DNA from: Candidatus Avispirillum sp. | Lineage (GTDB): Bacteria > Bacillota > Clostridia > Oscillospirales > CAG-272 | DNA length: 64,000 nucleotides | Assembly (NCBI GenBank): GCA_045656825.1 | Contig: JAZORY010000001.1 | Span: 2,819 to 66,818 of the forward strand | Direction of reading: 5' to 3' | Program-made: the position numbers and the translations under genes | Notes under the pieces: model-generated | Told to the model about the DNA's origin: nothing | What the model saw: only the letters and a program-made list of their open reading frames with translations | Database searches by the model: none | Part shown: one piece after another, positions 37,025 through 47,876 of the stretch | Layout of the letters: every line of letters begins with the position of its first letter | Position numbering within the stretch: position 1 is the stretch's first letter

Positions 37025-39925
37025 ATGGCACAAGCCCCGATGTCCCGTATTAATCAGCTTGCAAAGGACCTTGATATGAAGAGCAAGGACCTTATTGCAG
37101 TTCTTGAAGAGAATAATCTCGGTGGCAAAAAGACAACAACAGTTCTTGCGGCAGATGAGTTTAATCTCTTTATTGATACATTGACAAAGAACAATCAGAT
37201 CTCCGATATCGAAGGATACGTTCACGGCAAAACAGCTATTCCTTCCGCAAAGAAGGTTGCAGCAGAGGCCGAAGCTAAGGTTAAGGCTGAAGCAGATGCA
37301 AAGGCAAAGGCTGAGGCAGAGGCTAAAGCTAAGGCTGAAGCAAAGGCTAAGGCTGAGGCAGAGGCTAAGGCTAAGGCTGAAGCAGAGGCAAAGGCTGAAG
37401 CTGAAGCTAAGGCTAAAGCAGAGGCTGAAGCAAAGGCTAAGGCTGAGGAAGCAGCTAAGCCTAAGATTGCAACAGCAAATCTTGATGCAGAGAAGGATGC
37501 CGCTCTTATGAGAATGGCAGCTCAGGCAAAGGCGAGAGCAGAGGCTGAGGCTAAGGCAAGAGAAGAAAAGGCCAAGGCAAAGGCTGAGGGCAGAGATCAG
37601 AGACCTGCAAAGCCTCAGCAGAACAACAATAATAACAATAATAACAGACAGGACGCAAGACAGGACAAGGCTCAGGACAGACCTCAGAGAAACGATCGCA
37701 ACGATCGCTTTGCTGATCGTAAGCCTGAAGGACGTCCTCAGGACAACCGCCAGGGCGGTCAGCGTTTTGAAAACAGAGACAATCGCGATAACCGTCAGGA
37801 TAACCGCGACAGAAGAAATAATAACAATCTGAAGCCTCAGGGAGCTCCCCAGCAGAACAGAAATTCTGAAAATCAGAATCGCAATTATATTCCCGATGCT
37901 TCCACAATGGGCAAGCAGAAGCAGAAGGCAGCAGCTCCTGCAAACGAGCGTAAGCGTACAGGAACAACAAGAGTTGTTGACACACGCGCAGGCTCAGTAG
38001 ACCTTTCTAAGTATGATGAGCGCCTTGAAACCTTTGTGCCTGATTTCGGCCACGATAACTCTTCCAACAAGCAGAAGCTTAAGAAGCAGAACACTCGTGA
38101 TATGCGTTCCTCCAAGAATCGCAACAAGGAAAACAGCGCTATGGAGCGTCTTCGCAAGGAGCAGCAGGCTAAGAAGCAGGTTCTCAAGATCACAGTTCCT
38201 GATGAGATCTCCGTTTCCGAGCTTGCATCCAGACTTAAGGTAACAGCGGCAGAGGTTGTTAAGCGCCTTATGCTTATGGGCACTCTTGCAACTGTAAACC
38301 AGATCATCGACTTTGACACAGCTTATCTTATTGCTGACGAGCTTGGCGCAGAGGTTACACGCGAGGTTGTTGTAACAATCGAAGAAAAGCTCTTCAATGA
38401 GGAAGAGGATAAGGACGAAAATCAGGTTGAAAGAGCACCTGTTGTATGCGTAATGGGACACGTTGACCATGGTAAAACATCCCTTCTCGACGCTATCCGC
38501 CATACAAACGTAACACGTGGCGAGGCAGGCGGTATCACACAGCATATCGGTGCTTACAGAGTTAACATCGACGGCAAGGATATCACATTCCTTGACACCC
38601 CCGGACACGAAGCGTTCACAGCAATGCGTGCTCGTGGTGCTCAGGCAACAGATATCGCGATCCTCGTTGTTGCGGCTGACGACGGTATCATGCCTCAGAC
38701 AGTTGAAGCTATCAACCACGCTAAGGCTGCAGGCGTTGAGATCATCGTTGCTATCAACAAGATGGATAAGCCCACAGCTAATCCCGACGTTGTTAAGACA
38801 GAGCTTACAAACTATAACCTTGTTCCTGAAGAATGGGGCGGCGACGTTATGTGTATTCCTGTTTCCGCGCTTACAGGTATGGGTATTGAGGAGCTTCTTG
38901 AAAGCGTTCTCCTTATTGCTGAGGTTAAGGAATATAAGGCTAATCCCGAAAGACGTGCTAAGGGTATCGTTATCGAGGCTAAGCTTGACAAGGGTAGAGG
39001 TCCTGTTGCAACAGTTCTTGTTCAGAACGGTACACTCAGAGGTGGCGATATCGTTATTGCAGGTACGTCCGTTGGCCGTGTAAGAGCAATGACAGACCAC
39101 ACAGGTAAGGCTCTTAAGGAAGCAGGTCCCTCCGTTCCCGTTGAGATCATCGGTCTTTCCGAGGTTCCTCAGTCCGGCGACGAATTCAACGCAGTTGAAG
39201 ACGAAAGAATGGCTAGAACTCTCGCTGATCAGCGTAAGGAAAAGGCTAAGGAAGAAATATTCAAGGCTAATGCAAAGGTTAACCTTGAGGATCTCTTCGC
39301 TCAGATCAAGGAAGGTGTTCAGGATCTTAACGTTATCGTTAAGGCAGACGTTGGCGGTAGTGCCGAGGCTGTTAAGCAGTCCCTTGAAAAGATCTCAAAC
39401 GACGAGGTTCGTGTTCGCGTTATCCACTCTGCTGCAGGTGGTATCACAGAAAGCGACGTTATGCTTGCTGATGCATCCAATGCAATTATCGTAGGCTTTA
39501 ACGTTCGTCCCGACCGTGGTGCGATCGATTCTGCTGAGCATAAGGGTGTTGATATCAGAACTTACCGTATCATTTACGACTGTATCGAAGAGATCACAGC
39601 TGCTATGAAGGGTATGCTCGCTCCTGAGTTTGTTGAAAAGCTTCTCGGTCAGGCAGAGGTTCGTCAGACTATCAGAGTTCCCAATATCGGCGTTATCGCA
39701 GGTTCTTACGTTCAGAACGGTTATATCACAAGAAGCGCAAATATCCGCGTTGTTCGTGATGGCGTTGTTATCTTCGAGGATAAGATCTCCTCTCTCAAGA
39801 GATTTAAGGATGACGTTAAGGAAGTTCAGACGGGCTACGAATGTGGTATCGGCCTTGAAAAGTTCAACGACCTTAAGGAAGGCGATATTCTTGAAGCCTT
39901 CATTATGGAAGAGGTTGCAAGATAA
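37025..39925 (+). CDS. infB: Translation initiation factor IF-2
   Basis: GTPase G1 motif [12 protein letters not shown], plus DTPGH and NKMD. The ATG at 37025 follows AGGTGA. The long N-terminal region is low-complexity. Confidence 0.97.
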   Translation: MAQAPMSRINQLAKDLDMKSKDLIAVLEENNLGGKKTTTVLAADEFNLFIDTLTKNNQISDIEGYVHGKTAIPSAKKVAAEAEAKVKAEADAKAKAEAEAKAKAEAKAKAEAEAKAKAEAEAKAEAEAKAKAEAEAKAKAEEAAKPKIATANLDAEKDAALMRMAAQAKARAEAEAKAREEKAKAKAEGRDQRPAKPQQNNNNNNNNRQDARQDKAQDRPQRNDRNDRFADRKPEGRPQDNRQGGQRFENRDNRDNRQDNRDRRNNNNLKPQGAPQQNRNSENQNRNYIPDASTMGKQKQKAAAPANERKRTGTTRVVDTRAGSVDLSKYDERLETFVPDFGHDNSSNKQKLKKQNTRDMRSSKNRNKENSAMERLRKEQQAKKQVLKITVPDEISVSELASRLKVTAAEVVKRLMLMGTLATVNQIIDFDTAYLIADELGAEVTREVVVTIEEKLFNEEEDKDENQVERAPVVCVMGHVDHGKTSLLDAIRHTNVTRGEAGGITQHIGAYRVNIDGKDITFLDTPGHEAFTAMRARGAQATDIAILVVAADDGIMPQTVEAINHAKAAGVEIIVAINKMDKPTANPDVVKTELTNYNLVPEEWGGDVMCIPVSALTGMGIEELLESVLLIAEVKEYKANPERRAKGIVIEAKLDKGRGPVATVLVQNGTLRGGDIVIAGTSVGRVRAMTDHTGKALKEAGPSVPVEIIGLSEVPQSGDEFNAVEDERMARTLADQRKEKAKEEIFKANAKVNLEDLFAQIKEGVQDLNVIVKADVGGSAEAVKQSLEKISNDEVRVRVIHSAAGGITESDVMLADASNAIIVGFNVRPDRGAIDSAEHKGVDIRTYRIIYDCIEEITAAMKGMLAPEFVEKLLGQAEVRQTIRVPNIGVIAGSYVQNGYITRSANIRVVRDGVVIFEDKISSLKRFKDDVKEVQTGYECGIGLEKFNDLKEGDILEAFIMEEVAR
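37258..37460 (+). repeat. Coding low-complexity tandem repeat (Ala-Glu-Ala-Lys)n within infB
   Basis: Reiterated GCWGARGCWAAR units encode [12 protein letters not shown]... A poly-Asn tract follows at 37621-37644. Confidence 0.85.
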
Positions 39926-40005
39926 ATTTGCAAACTGAAGATAAAGGCACAGACCGCAGAGAAATCAAATAAATAGAAAATCTGAATTTATAGAGTTTCT
40001 AAAAG

Positions 40006-40038
40006 AAAAGATGTCGCTTTTTTAGCGACATCTTTTTT
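40006..40038. terminator. Bidirectional intrinsic terminator between infB and the convergent acyltransferase gene
   Basis: AAAAGATGTCGC-loop-GCGACATCTTTTTT, with an A-tract on the 5' side and a T-tract on the 3' side. Confidence 0.85.
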
Positions 40039-40045
40039 GCTTTTA

Positions 40046-41329
40046 TTAAGCTTTTTTACGAGCTGCCTTTTTGGCATCAACCTTAGCTTTTTCTATTTTG
40101 TAGATTTCTTCAGTTGCAAGGGAAAGCTTTGTAACAACGTTTTCCTTTGTGGGATAGCAATAGAAGGAGTCGTTGTCGGTGGAAATATCAATACAGTCCA
40201 GAGGCTTGATATAGCAATAGTCGTATTCAATGTGAACGCCGTACATACCAAGAGGCTTGCGCTCGATCTTGTAGGGCTCGCCTCTGTATTCTCCCTCGAG
40301 AACAAATCCGTTTTCTGCATCGTGTGTCAGCTTTGCCTCTCCCAGATGCTCAAAACGCATGCAGCGGGGCAGGGAATGAACGTCAACCGTGTCGGAGAAG
40401 GAATATTCTCCGCGCTCAATCTCCTCGCGAACCATTTTTCTCTGCCATTCATACCAATCGGGAATATGAGAAAACTCAGTTTCGCCTTCCTTGGCGCAAA
40501 GTCTGCCAAGCTCATCCATTTCCCAGCGTTTGCCACATTCTTTGCAGAACAGCTCTGTTCCTTCTGATGCCATTTTATGCTCTGCTTTGCAGTTAGGGCA
40601 CTGATAGAGAACCTTATGAAGTCCTTCTGCGCGGAAAGGCTCTGTGATTTTTATATTGTTTTCAAGCTGCCACTTGTATTCGTCGTAGGTGAGAGCCTTT
40701 GTAACAACCTCGTTTATTTCTTCGTATGACATTTTTTCAACGTCCTCAGCTGTGAGAACCTGAGTCATAGTTGTGTAAAGCGGCACCTTTCGGGGCTTGC
40801 GATAGTTCCAGAAGGGTGTGTGCAGATAGTTCCCGTGGTGTAGAAGAACAACGACGGGAACGCCTGAGCGCTTAAGAAGCATACCGAGGGATTCGGGCAG
40901 GATTGCCGTTGTTCCCACAGGGGAATATCTTGCCTCGGGATACATACAAAGCACGTCGCCGTTTTTCTTCAGAACGTGGCGGATGGAACGAAGAAGGTGC
41001 ATATCCGTTGTGAATTTTCTTTTGCAGATACAGCCAAGCAGCTCCATAATGATGGGGCGGCGGTAGTATCCGTCGATGGTGGCAACGTTGTTGACTCTGT
41101 GGGGGAAGGTTGCCATAGCGGAAAGCTGGAAGTCAACGAAATACATATGGTTGCTCAGCAGTATGTATGGGGGCTTCAGCCCTTCCATATTGAATTTTTC
41201 TATTTTATAGGGAACCTTGGGCATTCCCAGCTTACTTACGAGAGTGAGCAGACCCATCATAAAAAGGGGCTGTCTTATAGGGAGCTTGGCGGTGTTATAG
41301 GGCTTTTTGTTTTTGTAATTAACGTCCAT
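40046..41329 (-). CDS. Lysophospholipid (PlsC-type) acyltransferase with internal zinc ribbon
   Basis: NHMYFVD (HxxxxD) acyltransferase motif. CPNC...CKEC ribbon. I set the start at the ATG at 41329; the track ORF extends to 41386. Confidence 0.7.
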   Translation of the reverse strand: MDVNYKNKKPYNTAKLPIRQPLFMMGLLTLVSKLGMPKVPYKIEKFNMEGLKPPYILLSNHMYFVDFQLSAMATFPHRVNNVATIDGYYRRPIIMELLGCICKRKFTTDMHLLRSIRHVLKKNGDVLCMYPEARYSPVGTTAILPESLGMLLKRSGVPVVVLLHHGNYLHTPFWNYRKPRKVPLYTTMTQVLTAEDVEKMSYEEINEVVTKALTYDEYKWQLENNIKITEPFRAEGLHKVLYQCPNCKAEHKMASEGTELFCKECGKRWEMDELGRLCAKEGETEFSHIPDWYEWQRKMVREEIERGEYSFSDTVDVHSLPRCMRFEHLGEAKLTHDAENGFVLEGEYRGEPYKIERKPLGMYGVHIEYDYCYIKPLDCIDISTDNDSFYCYPTKENVVTKLSLATEEIYKIEKAKVDAKKAARKKA

Positions 41330-41406
41330 AATCAATACCTCACTTATACTAAATATCAGTATAATACATTTTCCATATTTATGCAAGGCAAAGGTGGAGA
41401 ATCGTG

Positions 41407-41435
41407 TTGAAAAAAGCAGCTTATTGTGCTAAAAT
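41407..41435 (+). promoter_or_regulatory. Sigma-A promoter upstream of the EamA transporter gene
   Basis: TTGAAA (41407-41412), a 17-nt spacer ending in TGC, then TAAAAT (41430-41435). Confidence 0.6.
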
Positions 41436-41462
41436 GAAGCATCATATGTTATGAGGATCTCT

Positions 41463-42326
41463 ATGAAAGAAAAGTCTAATAAAAATATAGCTATCTTAAA
41501 AATAGCCTTGGCGATGTTCATTTTTGGTACTATTGGTATTTTTGTGCGCCACGTGTCGCTCCCGTCGGGCTTTATTGCATTTTTTCGCGGAATTCTGGGA
41601 ACCGTGTTCCTTCTTGCCGTGATGCTTTTGTCTCGTAAGAAAATCTCATTTTCTGCAATAAAAAAGAATCTTTGGCTTCTCATATTATCCGGCGCCTTTA
41701 TCGGCATCAACTGGATACTTCTTTTTGAGGCTTATCGCTATACAACTGTTGCAACTGCAACGCTTTTCTATTATCTTTCGCCTATTTTTGTAATAATGGC
41801 GTCGCCTGTTGTGCTGAAGGAAAAGCTCACACCTAAAAAGATGATTTGTATTATTTGTGCCCTGATTGGTATTGTTTTTGTATCAGGTGTGGCTGAAAAC
41901 GGAATCGTCGGTGGGCGCGGTATGCTTCTCGGATGCGGAGCAGCTGTTTTTTATGCAACGGTTGTGCTTCTTAACAAGAAGATGCATGATATTTCCGCTT
42001 ATGATATGACGATAGTTCAGCTTTTCTTTGCCGCTGTTACGATCTTGCCATACACTCTTTTGACGGAGGATATCAGAGCCGAATCCTTCACGCCTAAAGC
42101 TATAATAGTTCTCGTTATTCTGGGTATTGTTCACACGGGCCTTGCCTATGCTCTCTATTTTGCTTCCGTTAAGATGCTTCCTGCACAAACGGCTGCAATT
42201 TTCAGCTATATCGACCCCGTTGTTTCAATAATTCTTTCGGCGGTCTTGCTTTCGGAGCCGCTTACCTGGTTTGGAATAATAGGTGCAATTCTTATTCTCG
42301 GGTCAACGTTTACAGCATCAAAATAA
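41463..42326 (+). CDS. EamA/DMT-family transporter
   Basis: About 10 TM segments arranged as two EamA halves. Confidence 0.85.
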   Translation: MKEKSNKNIAILKIALAMFIFGTIGIFVRHVSLPSGFIAFFRGILGTVFLLAVMLLSRKKISFSAIKKNLWLLILSGAFIGINWILLFEAYRYTTVATATLFYYLSPIFVIMASPVVLKEKLTPKKMICIICALIGIVFVSGVAENGIVGGRGMLLGCGAAVFYATVVLLNKKMHDISAYDMTIVQLFFAAVTILPYTLLTEDIRAESFTPKAIIVLVILGIVHTGLAYALYFASVKMLPAQTAAIFSYIDPVVSIILSAVLLSEPLTWFGIIGAILILGSTFTASK

Positions 42327-42365
42327 ATTAAAAAAGCTTACGTTTTTTAACGTAAGCTTTTTTGC

Positions 42366-43181
42366 TTAAATATTTACTAATAGCACTCTGTCTCTGTTTT
42401 CAGTGTCCTTCAAAATATGGGCGTCAAGTCCGAGTGAGGTGGCAGCCTCAAGGATAGCAGATCCCTGCTTCCAGCCGAATTCTATGGCGAGCACACCGCC
42501 TTTTTTGATCTTTGCAGGGTATATTTCAAGTATTTTACGGATGATTGAAAGTCCGTCGCCGCCGTCAGTGAGAGCATGACGTGGCTCGGTGGAAACCTCG
42601 GGAGTGATGTCGTTCATTTCGTCAAGAGTTACGTAGGGAGGGTTGGAAACTATAACGTCAAACTGTCCTTCAAGCTTGTCCTCGCAAACGTCTCCGAGTA
42701 TAAGCTCCAGTCTGTCGGCAACACCGTTCAATGAGGCGTTCTGAGCGCATATTTCAAGAGTTTCCGGATATAGCTCAACAGCAACTCCTGTGGAATTCGG
42801 ACACTCACAAAGGGCTGATATACCGATGCAGCCGCTGCCTGCGCAAAGGTCTGCAATCCTACCGCTTTCTTTGTTTTTCAGATGATCTATCGCAACTGAA
42901 GCGAGAAGCTCTGTGTCAGCTCGGGGGATGAGACAGGCAGGGGAGACCTTAAAGGTGTACCCCATAAAATCCCACTCACCGATAATATACTGGAGGGGCT
43001 CTCTGTTTTTTCTGCGAGAAACTGCCGAAAGGAGCTCTTCGCTTGTATAATCACGCTCGGGAAAGGCAAGCTGCATAGCTCGGCTTTTTCCCTCATAGTG
43101 TTCAATAAGCACAGTAGCATCAAAGCGGGGGGATTCAACTCCCCCCGCTTCAAGCTCTTTAATGATTTCACTGAGCTTCAT
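42366..43181 (-). CDS. prmC: Release-factor glutamine N5-methyltransferase
   Basis: NPPY motif (VSNPPYV) and SAM-binding DLCAGSG. I set the start at the ATG at 43181, which overlaps the upstream gene by 14 nt. Confidence 0.9.
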   Translation of the reverse strand: MKLSEIIKELEAGGVESPRFDATVLIEHYEGKSRAMQLAFPERDYTSEELLSAVSRRKNREPLQYIIGEWDFMGYTFKVSPACLIPRADTELLASVAIDHLKNKESGRIADLCAGSGCIGISALCECPNSTGVAVELYPETLEICAQNASLNGVADRLELILGDVCEDKLEGQFDVIVSNPPYVTLDEMNDITPEVSTEPRHALTDGGDGLSIIRKILEIYPAKIKKGGVLAIEFGWKQGSAILEAATSLGLDAHILKDTENRDRVLLVNI

Positions 43182-44199
43182 TTTCAGATGCTCCTTCGTC
43201 TGAAGTCTCCGTTGCTTCTTCATTTGATTCAAGCACCTCGGGGAATTCGTCGGGCATAGCGTTTTTGATTGCTGTTATAGCAATTTCGATCTGGCTGTCG
43301 TCGGGCTCTTTTGTTGTGATGCGCTGCATCCAGAGACCGGGGAGTGAAAGTGCCTTTGTAATAAAATTGGGATATTTTCCTGCCAGCATAAGAAACTCAA
43401 AGCCAACTCCTGCAATAATAGGGAGCATAGCGATCTTTGTGAGCATAATTGCGATCTTTGGCCAAGTGTTCCAGTTAATAAATGCTGTAACGAGGATGGA
43501 TATAATGAGCATAACGAAGATAAAGCTTGTGCCGCAACGGGGATGGAAGCGGGAGCATTTGCGGGAGTTTTCAACAGTCAGCTCCATTCCGGATTCATAG
43601 CAGGCAACGGTTTTATGCTCTGCACCGTGGTATTCAAAGGTTCTGCGGATATCGGGCATAAGGGATGTGAGCATCATATAGAGAACGAAGATGATGATTC
43701 TCACAACGCCTGCAATAACGTTCTGCAAAAAGCTGGGAAGCAGAGCGCCGTCTGTGAAATGACCGTAAAGCTTATTGATTCCCATAGCAACGAAGTTGGG
43801 GAGAAGAACGAAAAGACCAACGCTGAGGACAACGGAGAGAACCATGGCAACTCCCATGATAACGTTCATCAGCTTATCTCCGCAAACCTTGCGAAGCCAT
43901 TTTTCGAATTTTGTTTCGTCCTCCATTTCGTCAATACCCAGCATTTCCATACTGTCGTTAAGGGTGCCGTAGCTGAGCTTCAGCATTTCAACCATATTGA
44001 TACATCCGCGAAGAAGGGGGATGTTTGTCCATTTATGCTTTTTACGGATAGAAACAAATTTGCTGTTTTTGATTTCGATGCTTCCGTCCTCTTTTCTAAC
44101 GGCCAGCGAAACGTTGTCTCCGCTGCGCATCATAACGCCTTCAAGCACTGCTTGTCCGCCAACCTTGCCGAGACGGCAGTTTTTTTCTTTCTTTGCCAA
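43168..44199 (-). CDS. DUF1385 membrane protein (commonly linked to prmC)
   Basis: YHGAEHK motif and several TM segments. It lies directly upstream of prmC. Confidence 0.8.
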   Translation of the reverse strand: MAKKEKNCRLGKVGGQAVLEGVMMRSGDNVSLAVRKEDGSIEIKNSKFVSIRKKHKWTNIPLLRGCINMVEMLKLSYGTLNDSMEMLGIDEMEDETKFEKWLRKVCGDKLMNVIMGVAMVLSVVLSVGLFVLLPNFVAMGINKLYGHFTDGALLPSFLQNVIAGVVRIIIFVLYMMLTSLMPDIRRTFEYHGAEHKTVACYESGMELTVENSRKCSRFHPRCGTSFIFVMLIISILVTAFINWNTWPKIAIMLTKIAMLPIIAGVGFEFLMLAGKYPNFITKALSLPGLWMQRITTKEPDDSQIEIAITAIKNAMPDEFPEVLESNEEATETSDEGASENEAQ

Positions 44200-44217
44200 A
44201 ATAATAGACCTGCTTTC

Positions 44218-44883
44218 TTATTTATGTAATTCCTCGTAGTGTCGGCAAATGTCCGAAAGGGAGCATGCGTCGCAGAGAGGATTTTTAGCGCGGCAAACGT
44301 CGCGACCGAAATGCACTATTCTGTGGCAAAAGTCGCTTTGGTTTTCGCGCGGAATTAGCTTTTCCATAATTCTTTCAGTTTTAAGAGGGTCCTTTTGTCC
44401 CTCGGGGAAAAAGCCCAGTCGTCCGCAGATTCGCATACAATGCGTATCTGCAACGATGCCGCCCAGTCCGAAAATGTCTCCAAGCAGCAAATTTGCGATT
44501 TTTCGTCCAACTCCCGGAAGGGACAAAAGCTCTTCCATAGTGGAGGGGATTTCGCCGTTATATTTTTCTATCACTATTTGTGATGCTTCTTTTATGCTTT
44601 TTGCTTTTCCGCGGTATAGTCCGCAGGATTTTATGAGCCTTTCAATTTCAGAAAGAGGAGCCTCTGCCATAGAGAGAGCATCAGGAAAGGCCTTGAAGAG
44701 CTCTCGACAAACTATGTTTACGCGTTCATCAGTACACTGGGCGCTGAGGCGCGCCATAACAAGCAAGCGCCAAGGGTCGCCGTCTGCTTCAAGTGAGCAA
44801 ATAGCTTCAGGATAAAGCTCGGCAAGTCGCTTGTCAGCTGTTAAGGCTCTTTCTTTATCAGTTATTTTCTTCATTTGTTTCAT
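44218..44883 (-). CDS. nth: Endonuclease III
   Basis: HhH motif LPGVGRKIAN. C-x6-C-x2-C-x5-C 4Fe-4S cluster. The start is ambiguous (ATG at 44883 or 44874). The track ORF to 45045 would overlap the PBP2 gene. Confidence 0.88.
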   Translation of the reverse strand: MKQMKKITDKERALTADKRLAELYPEAICSLEADGDPWRLLVMARLSAQCTDERVNIVCRELFKAFPDALSMAEAPLSEIERLIKSCGLYRGKAKSIKEASQIVIEKYNGEIPSTMEELLSLPGVGRKIANLLLGDIFGLGGIVADTHCMRICGRLGFFPEGQKDPLKTERIMEKLIPRENQSDFCHRIVHFGRDVCRAKNPLCDACSLSDICRHYEELHK

Positions 44884-47047
44884 CTGTTTCGGGATTTGTT
44901 TCGTTTTCGTCGGCAGATTCGTCCTTTTCCTCTTCTGTAACGCCGTTGAGGGGGTAATCAACGTCAAAATATGATGTGAAAAGGTCGCGGACGGAATAGC
45001 CTGCATCAGTACCGCTGGCGCCGTGCTCAATAATGCAGGTTGCAACTATTTCAGGATCGTCAAAGGGAGCAAATGCTGTGAAAATAGCATTGTCGGAGCT
45101 TGTTGATGAAACCTGAGCAGTTCCTGTTTTGCCGCCGATCGCAAGAGGATAGTTTACAAATATACGAACTGCGGAGCCTTCTGTGATAACGCTTCGCATA
45201 GCGTTTCTGACAACGCGGACGTTTTCTGAGGAGAGCTCGATGGAGTCTACGATCTGAGGCTCAAATTCATACGTTACGTTTCCGTTATAGTCGCGCACCT
45301 GATAAAGTATATGCGCTTTTGTTCTGTTGCCCTCGCTAAGAATAGAGGAAATGTAGTTGCTGATCTGAAGGGGAGTGAAAAGGTTATCAGACTGGCCGAT
45401 GGCAGCCTGAATTGTGTCGCCGTCGTACCAGGTTTCGCCTTTAGCCTCTCTTTCGGAGGGTCCTGCAAGAACTCCGATCTTTTCATTGAGCTCAATTCCT
45501 GTGGGCTCGCCAAGACCAAGTGCCTTACAGTATTTATTCATTCTGGTGATGGTCAGCTGTCTGCCAACGTCGTAGAAGAAGCAGTTGCAGGAAACCTCGA
45601 TAGCTTTTGAAACGTTGATTCTTCCGTGAGTTCCGTAGCCATATTTTGCGCTGTATATCCAGCAGGCAGGAGTAAATCCTGAATCAGCATAGTACTGATA
45701 CTCACCCTCGTCAAGAATTTGTGTCCAAGGGGTGATGATTTCTTCCTGAAGAGCTGCTGCTGCCATGCCGATCTTAAAGGTTGATCCCGGCGCGTAAATA
45801 CCCTCAAGTGCGCGGTTGAAAAGAGGAGATGCGGGATCTTCTCTGAGGTCCTTATAGTCCTCGTTGAAGGTTGCGAGGTTATAGGTTGGATAATTTGCTA
45901 TAACAAGAACCTCGCCCGTTTTTGAATTGAGCGCTGCAAGTGCGCCTGCATTAGCGTCTTCACCGTTAAGGGAATTTCCGCCTGCTGCCTGATTTACGAT
46001 GGTTTCTATATTGTTTTTCAGTGCAGTTTCTGCAACCATCTGAAGCTCGATATCAATAGTGAGATAAACGTCCTGACCTGCCACGGGCTCTTTTAATACG
46101 TAGGTTTTAACGATGTTTCCGTATTCATCCTCAACGATAGCAAGGCTTCCGTCTGTTCCGTGGAGATATGCCTCAAAGGATTTTTCAGCGCCCGACGTTC
46201 CTACGATGGCGTTGAGAGAATATCCAAGCTCGGTATAATATTCGGCATTTTCTGCCTGTATCTGACCAACTCTTCCGAGAACGTGAGAGAGATATCCCGG
46301 ATATGAATAAACTCGCTGCGCAGAAACGTTGATATTATAACCTCTGTGTCCGCCTTCGGTTATTGCGGAGATAAAGGCGACGGAAACGTCGGTTATAAGA
46401 GTATAGGGTTCAACGGAGGAGAAGTTTTTAAGCTCCATATCAAGTCTGAGGCTGAACAGAAAGTCGCGCTCTTCCTCGGAGTAAAGCTCGTTTCCGTCGG
46501 TGTCAACCAACCCGTATCTGAGAAGGAGGGCATCGCGCACCTCGCTGATGTCTGTTTTAGTCCATCCGCCCTTTTCCTTATCGTCGGGAGTGAAATTAAG
46601 TCCAACCATAAGGCGAGAAAGTCGCGTGCCGTAAACTGTTCCCATGAAGCTGTTGTCAAGGGTCCATTTTCCGTCCTCTTTTTTGAAGGCTTCCTTTGCT
46701 CTGGGCTCCTTGAAGCCGTCAAACTCGTCCATTTCCTTTGCTTTCTCTGTCAGCTCAAGGAGGATGGCGTTTTTTTCTTCGTTTGATTTGGGGAAGCTTC
46801 CGCCGTCGAGATACAGATTATACGTGTATTCGTTTTCAACCAGAGGCTTTCCGTTGCGGTCATATATTTCGCCTCTTTGTGCCTGTATTGGCACGGTTCT
46901 GGTATAGGTTCTGTCAACAACGGATTCCGTGTAGTAGTCCTGGCTGGCAATCTGTATGGTGATAAGTCTTGCAATATAAACAAGAGATATTGCTATGAAT
47001 ATAAAGCCAAGAGCTATATATCGGAGCAAATGATCGCGTCGCTTCAT
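44858..47047 (-). CDS. mrdA: Penicillin-binding protein 2 (elongasome D,D-transpeptidase)
   Basis: Motifs SxxK (STFK), SxN (SCN) and KTG (KTGTA). N-terminal TM anchor. It lies downstream of mreBCD. Confidence 0.9.
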   Translation of the reverse strand: MKRRDHLLRYIALGFIFIAISLVYIARLITIQIASQDYYTESVVDRTYTRTVPIQAQRGEIYDRNGKPLVENEYTYNLYLDGGSFPKSNEEKNAILLELTEKAKEMDEFDGFKEPRAKEAFKKEDGKWTLDNSFMGTVYGTRLSRLMVGLNFTPDDKEKGGWTKTDISEVRDALLLRYGLVDTDGNELYSEEERDFLFSLRLDMELKNFSSVEPYTLITDVSVAFISAITEGGHRGYNINVSAQRVYSYPGYLSHVLGRVGQIQAENAEYYTELGYSLNAIVGTSGAEKSFEAYLHGTDGSLAIVEDEYGNIVKTYVLKEPVAGQDVYLTIDIELQMVAETALKNNIETIVNQAAGGNSLNGEDANAGALAALNSKTGEVLVIANYPTYNLATFNEDYKDLREDPASPLFNRALEGIYAPGSTFKIGMAAAALQEEIITPWTQILDEGEYQYYADSGFTPACWIYSAKYGYGTHGRINVSKAIEVSCNCFFYDVGRQLTITRMNKYCKALGLGEPTGIELNEKIGVLAGPSEREAKGETWYDGDTIQAAIGQSDNLFTPLQISNYISSILSEGNRTKAHILYQVRDYNGNVTYEFEPQIVDSIELSSENVRVVRNAMRSVITEGSAVRIFVNYPLAIGGKTGTAQVSSTSSDNAIFTAFAPFDDPEIVATCIIEHGASGTDAGYSVRDLFTSYFDVDYPLNGVTEEEKDESADENETNPETDETNEENN

Positions 47048-47087
47048 AAATTGTCCGCCAGTCCTTTCTGAAAAATTTTAATTGGGA

Positions 47088-47876
47088 TCAATAAAGAATA
47101 TCCGAGCCTGTTTTTTCTGCTCTTGTTTTATGGAATCTGACAAAGCATGCCCATGATATAAGATATACCGGAGCTGAGAGAAAAACAGTTGCAAAATATT
47201 CGGGGATAACGATTGTTGAAAGGATTTCAACAAAGGTTATATTAACAAGGAATGATGCGCTGATAAGGGTTATAACGCTGCGACCGAAGGTGAAAAGCGT
47301 TATAACGGCGATTCTCGGCAGTGCGGTATTTGAGAAAAAGTCTCGCACGAGAAGTCCGCAAAGAATTCCTGCCGCAACGTAGAGTATGGGAAGGAGTGTG
47401 AGTCCGTAGCCGCTGAGTGAGTCGATGACGATTGCTGATATAAGTCCGCAAATGCCTCCCCATTTTTCGCCCTCCGAGAAGGCGATTGCGATGGTCAGGG
47501 CAAACATCAGATCGGGCGTTACTCCGAAAATCTTAAATCTTGCAAAAAAAGTTGTTTGAAGAACTGCAAAAAAGATTATAAGCAAAGCGCATATAACGCC
47601 TCGGAAAAACTGCTCCGCTGTAAATGGAAGCCCGATAGTAAGCCCTTCAAAGCGTTCCTCAAGCTCCGCCAGAATAGCACCGGCAAGAGTTGTTTTCTTT
47701 GTTATCTTTTTCGGAGTGCTTCTTTGCGGAGGGGCTTTTTTCTGCGGCGCTTTTTTTGCAGCAATCTGGGTCTTTTGCTTACCGAGTCTGTCTATATCGG
47801 GAGTATATCGCCTCGGCATACGATGAACAGCAGGCTGCTGATTATTCCCGTTTTGATTATTTTGAGTAGGTTTCAT
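47088..47876 (-). CDS. mreD: Rod shape-determining protein MreD with extended basic N-terminus
   Basis: The C-terminal ~170 aa are polytopic like MreD and follow mreC. The N-terminal ~90 aa are K/Q/P-rich and non-membrane. Confidence 0.7.
   Translation of the reverse strand: MKPTQNNQNGNNQQPAVHRMPRRYTPDIDRLGKQKTQIAAKKAPQKKAPPQRSTPKKITKKTTLAGAILAELEERFEGLTIGLPFTAEQFFRGVICALLIIFFAVLQTTFFARFKIFGVTPDLMFALTIAIAFSEGEKWGGICGLISAIVIDSLSGYGLTLLPILYVAAGILCGLLVRDFFSNTALPRIAVITLFTFGRSVITLISASFLVNITFVEILSTIVIPEYFATVFLSAPVYLISWACFVRFHKTRAEKTGSDILY

Noticed and set aside
37257-37511. 84-aa Arg/Leu/Lys/Gln-rich ORF ([13 protein letters not shown]...).
   Set aside because: It is an alternative reading frame of the (GCWGARGCWAAR)n repeat inside infB. 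It is a low-complexity artefact.
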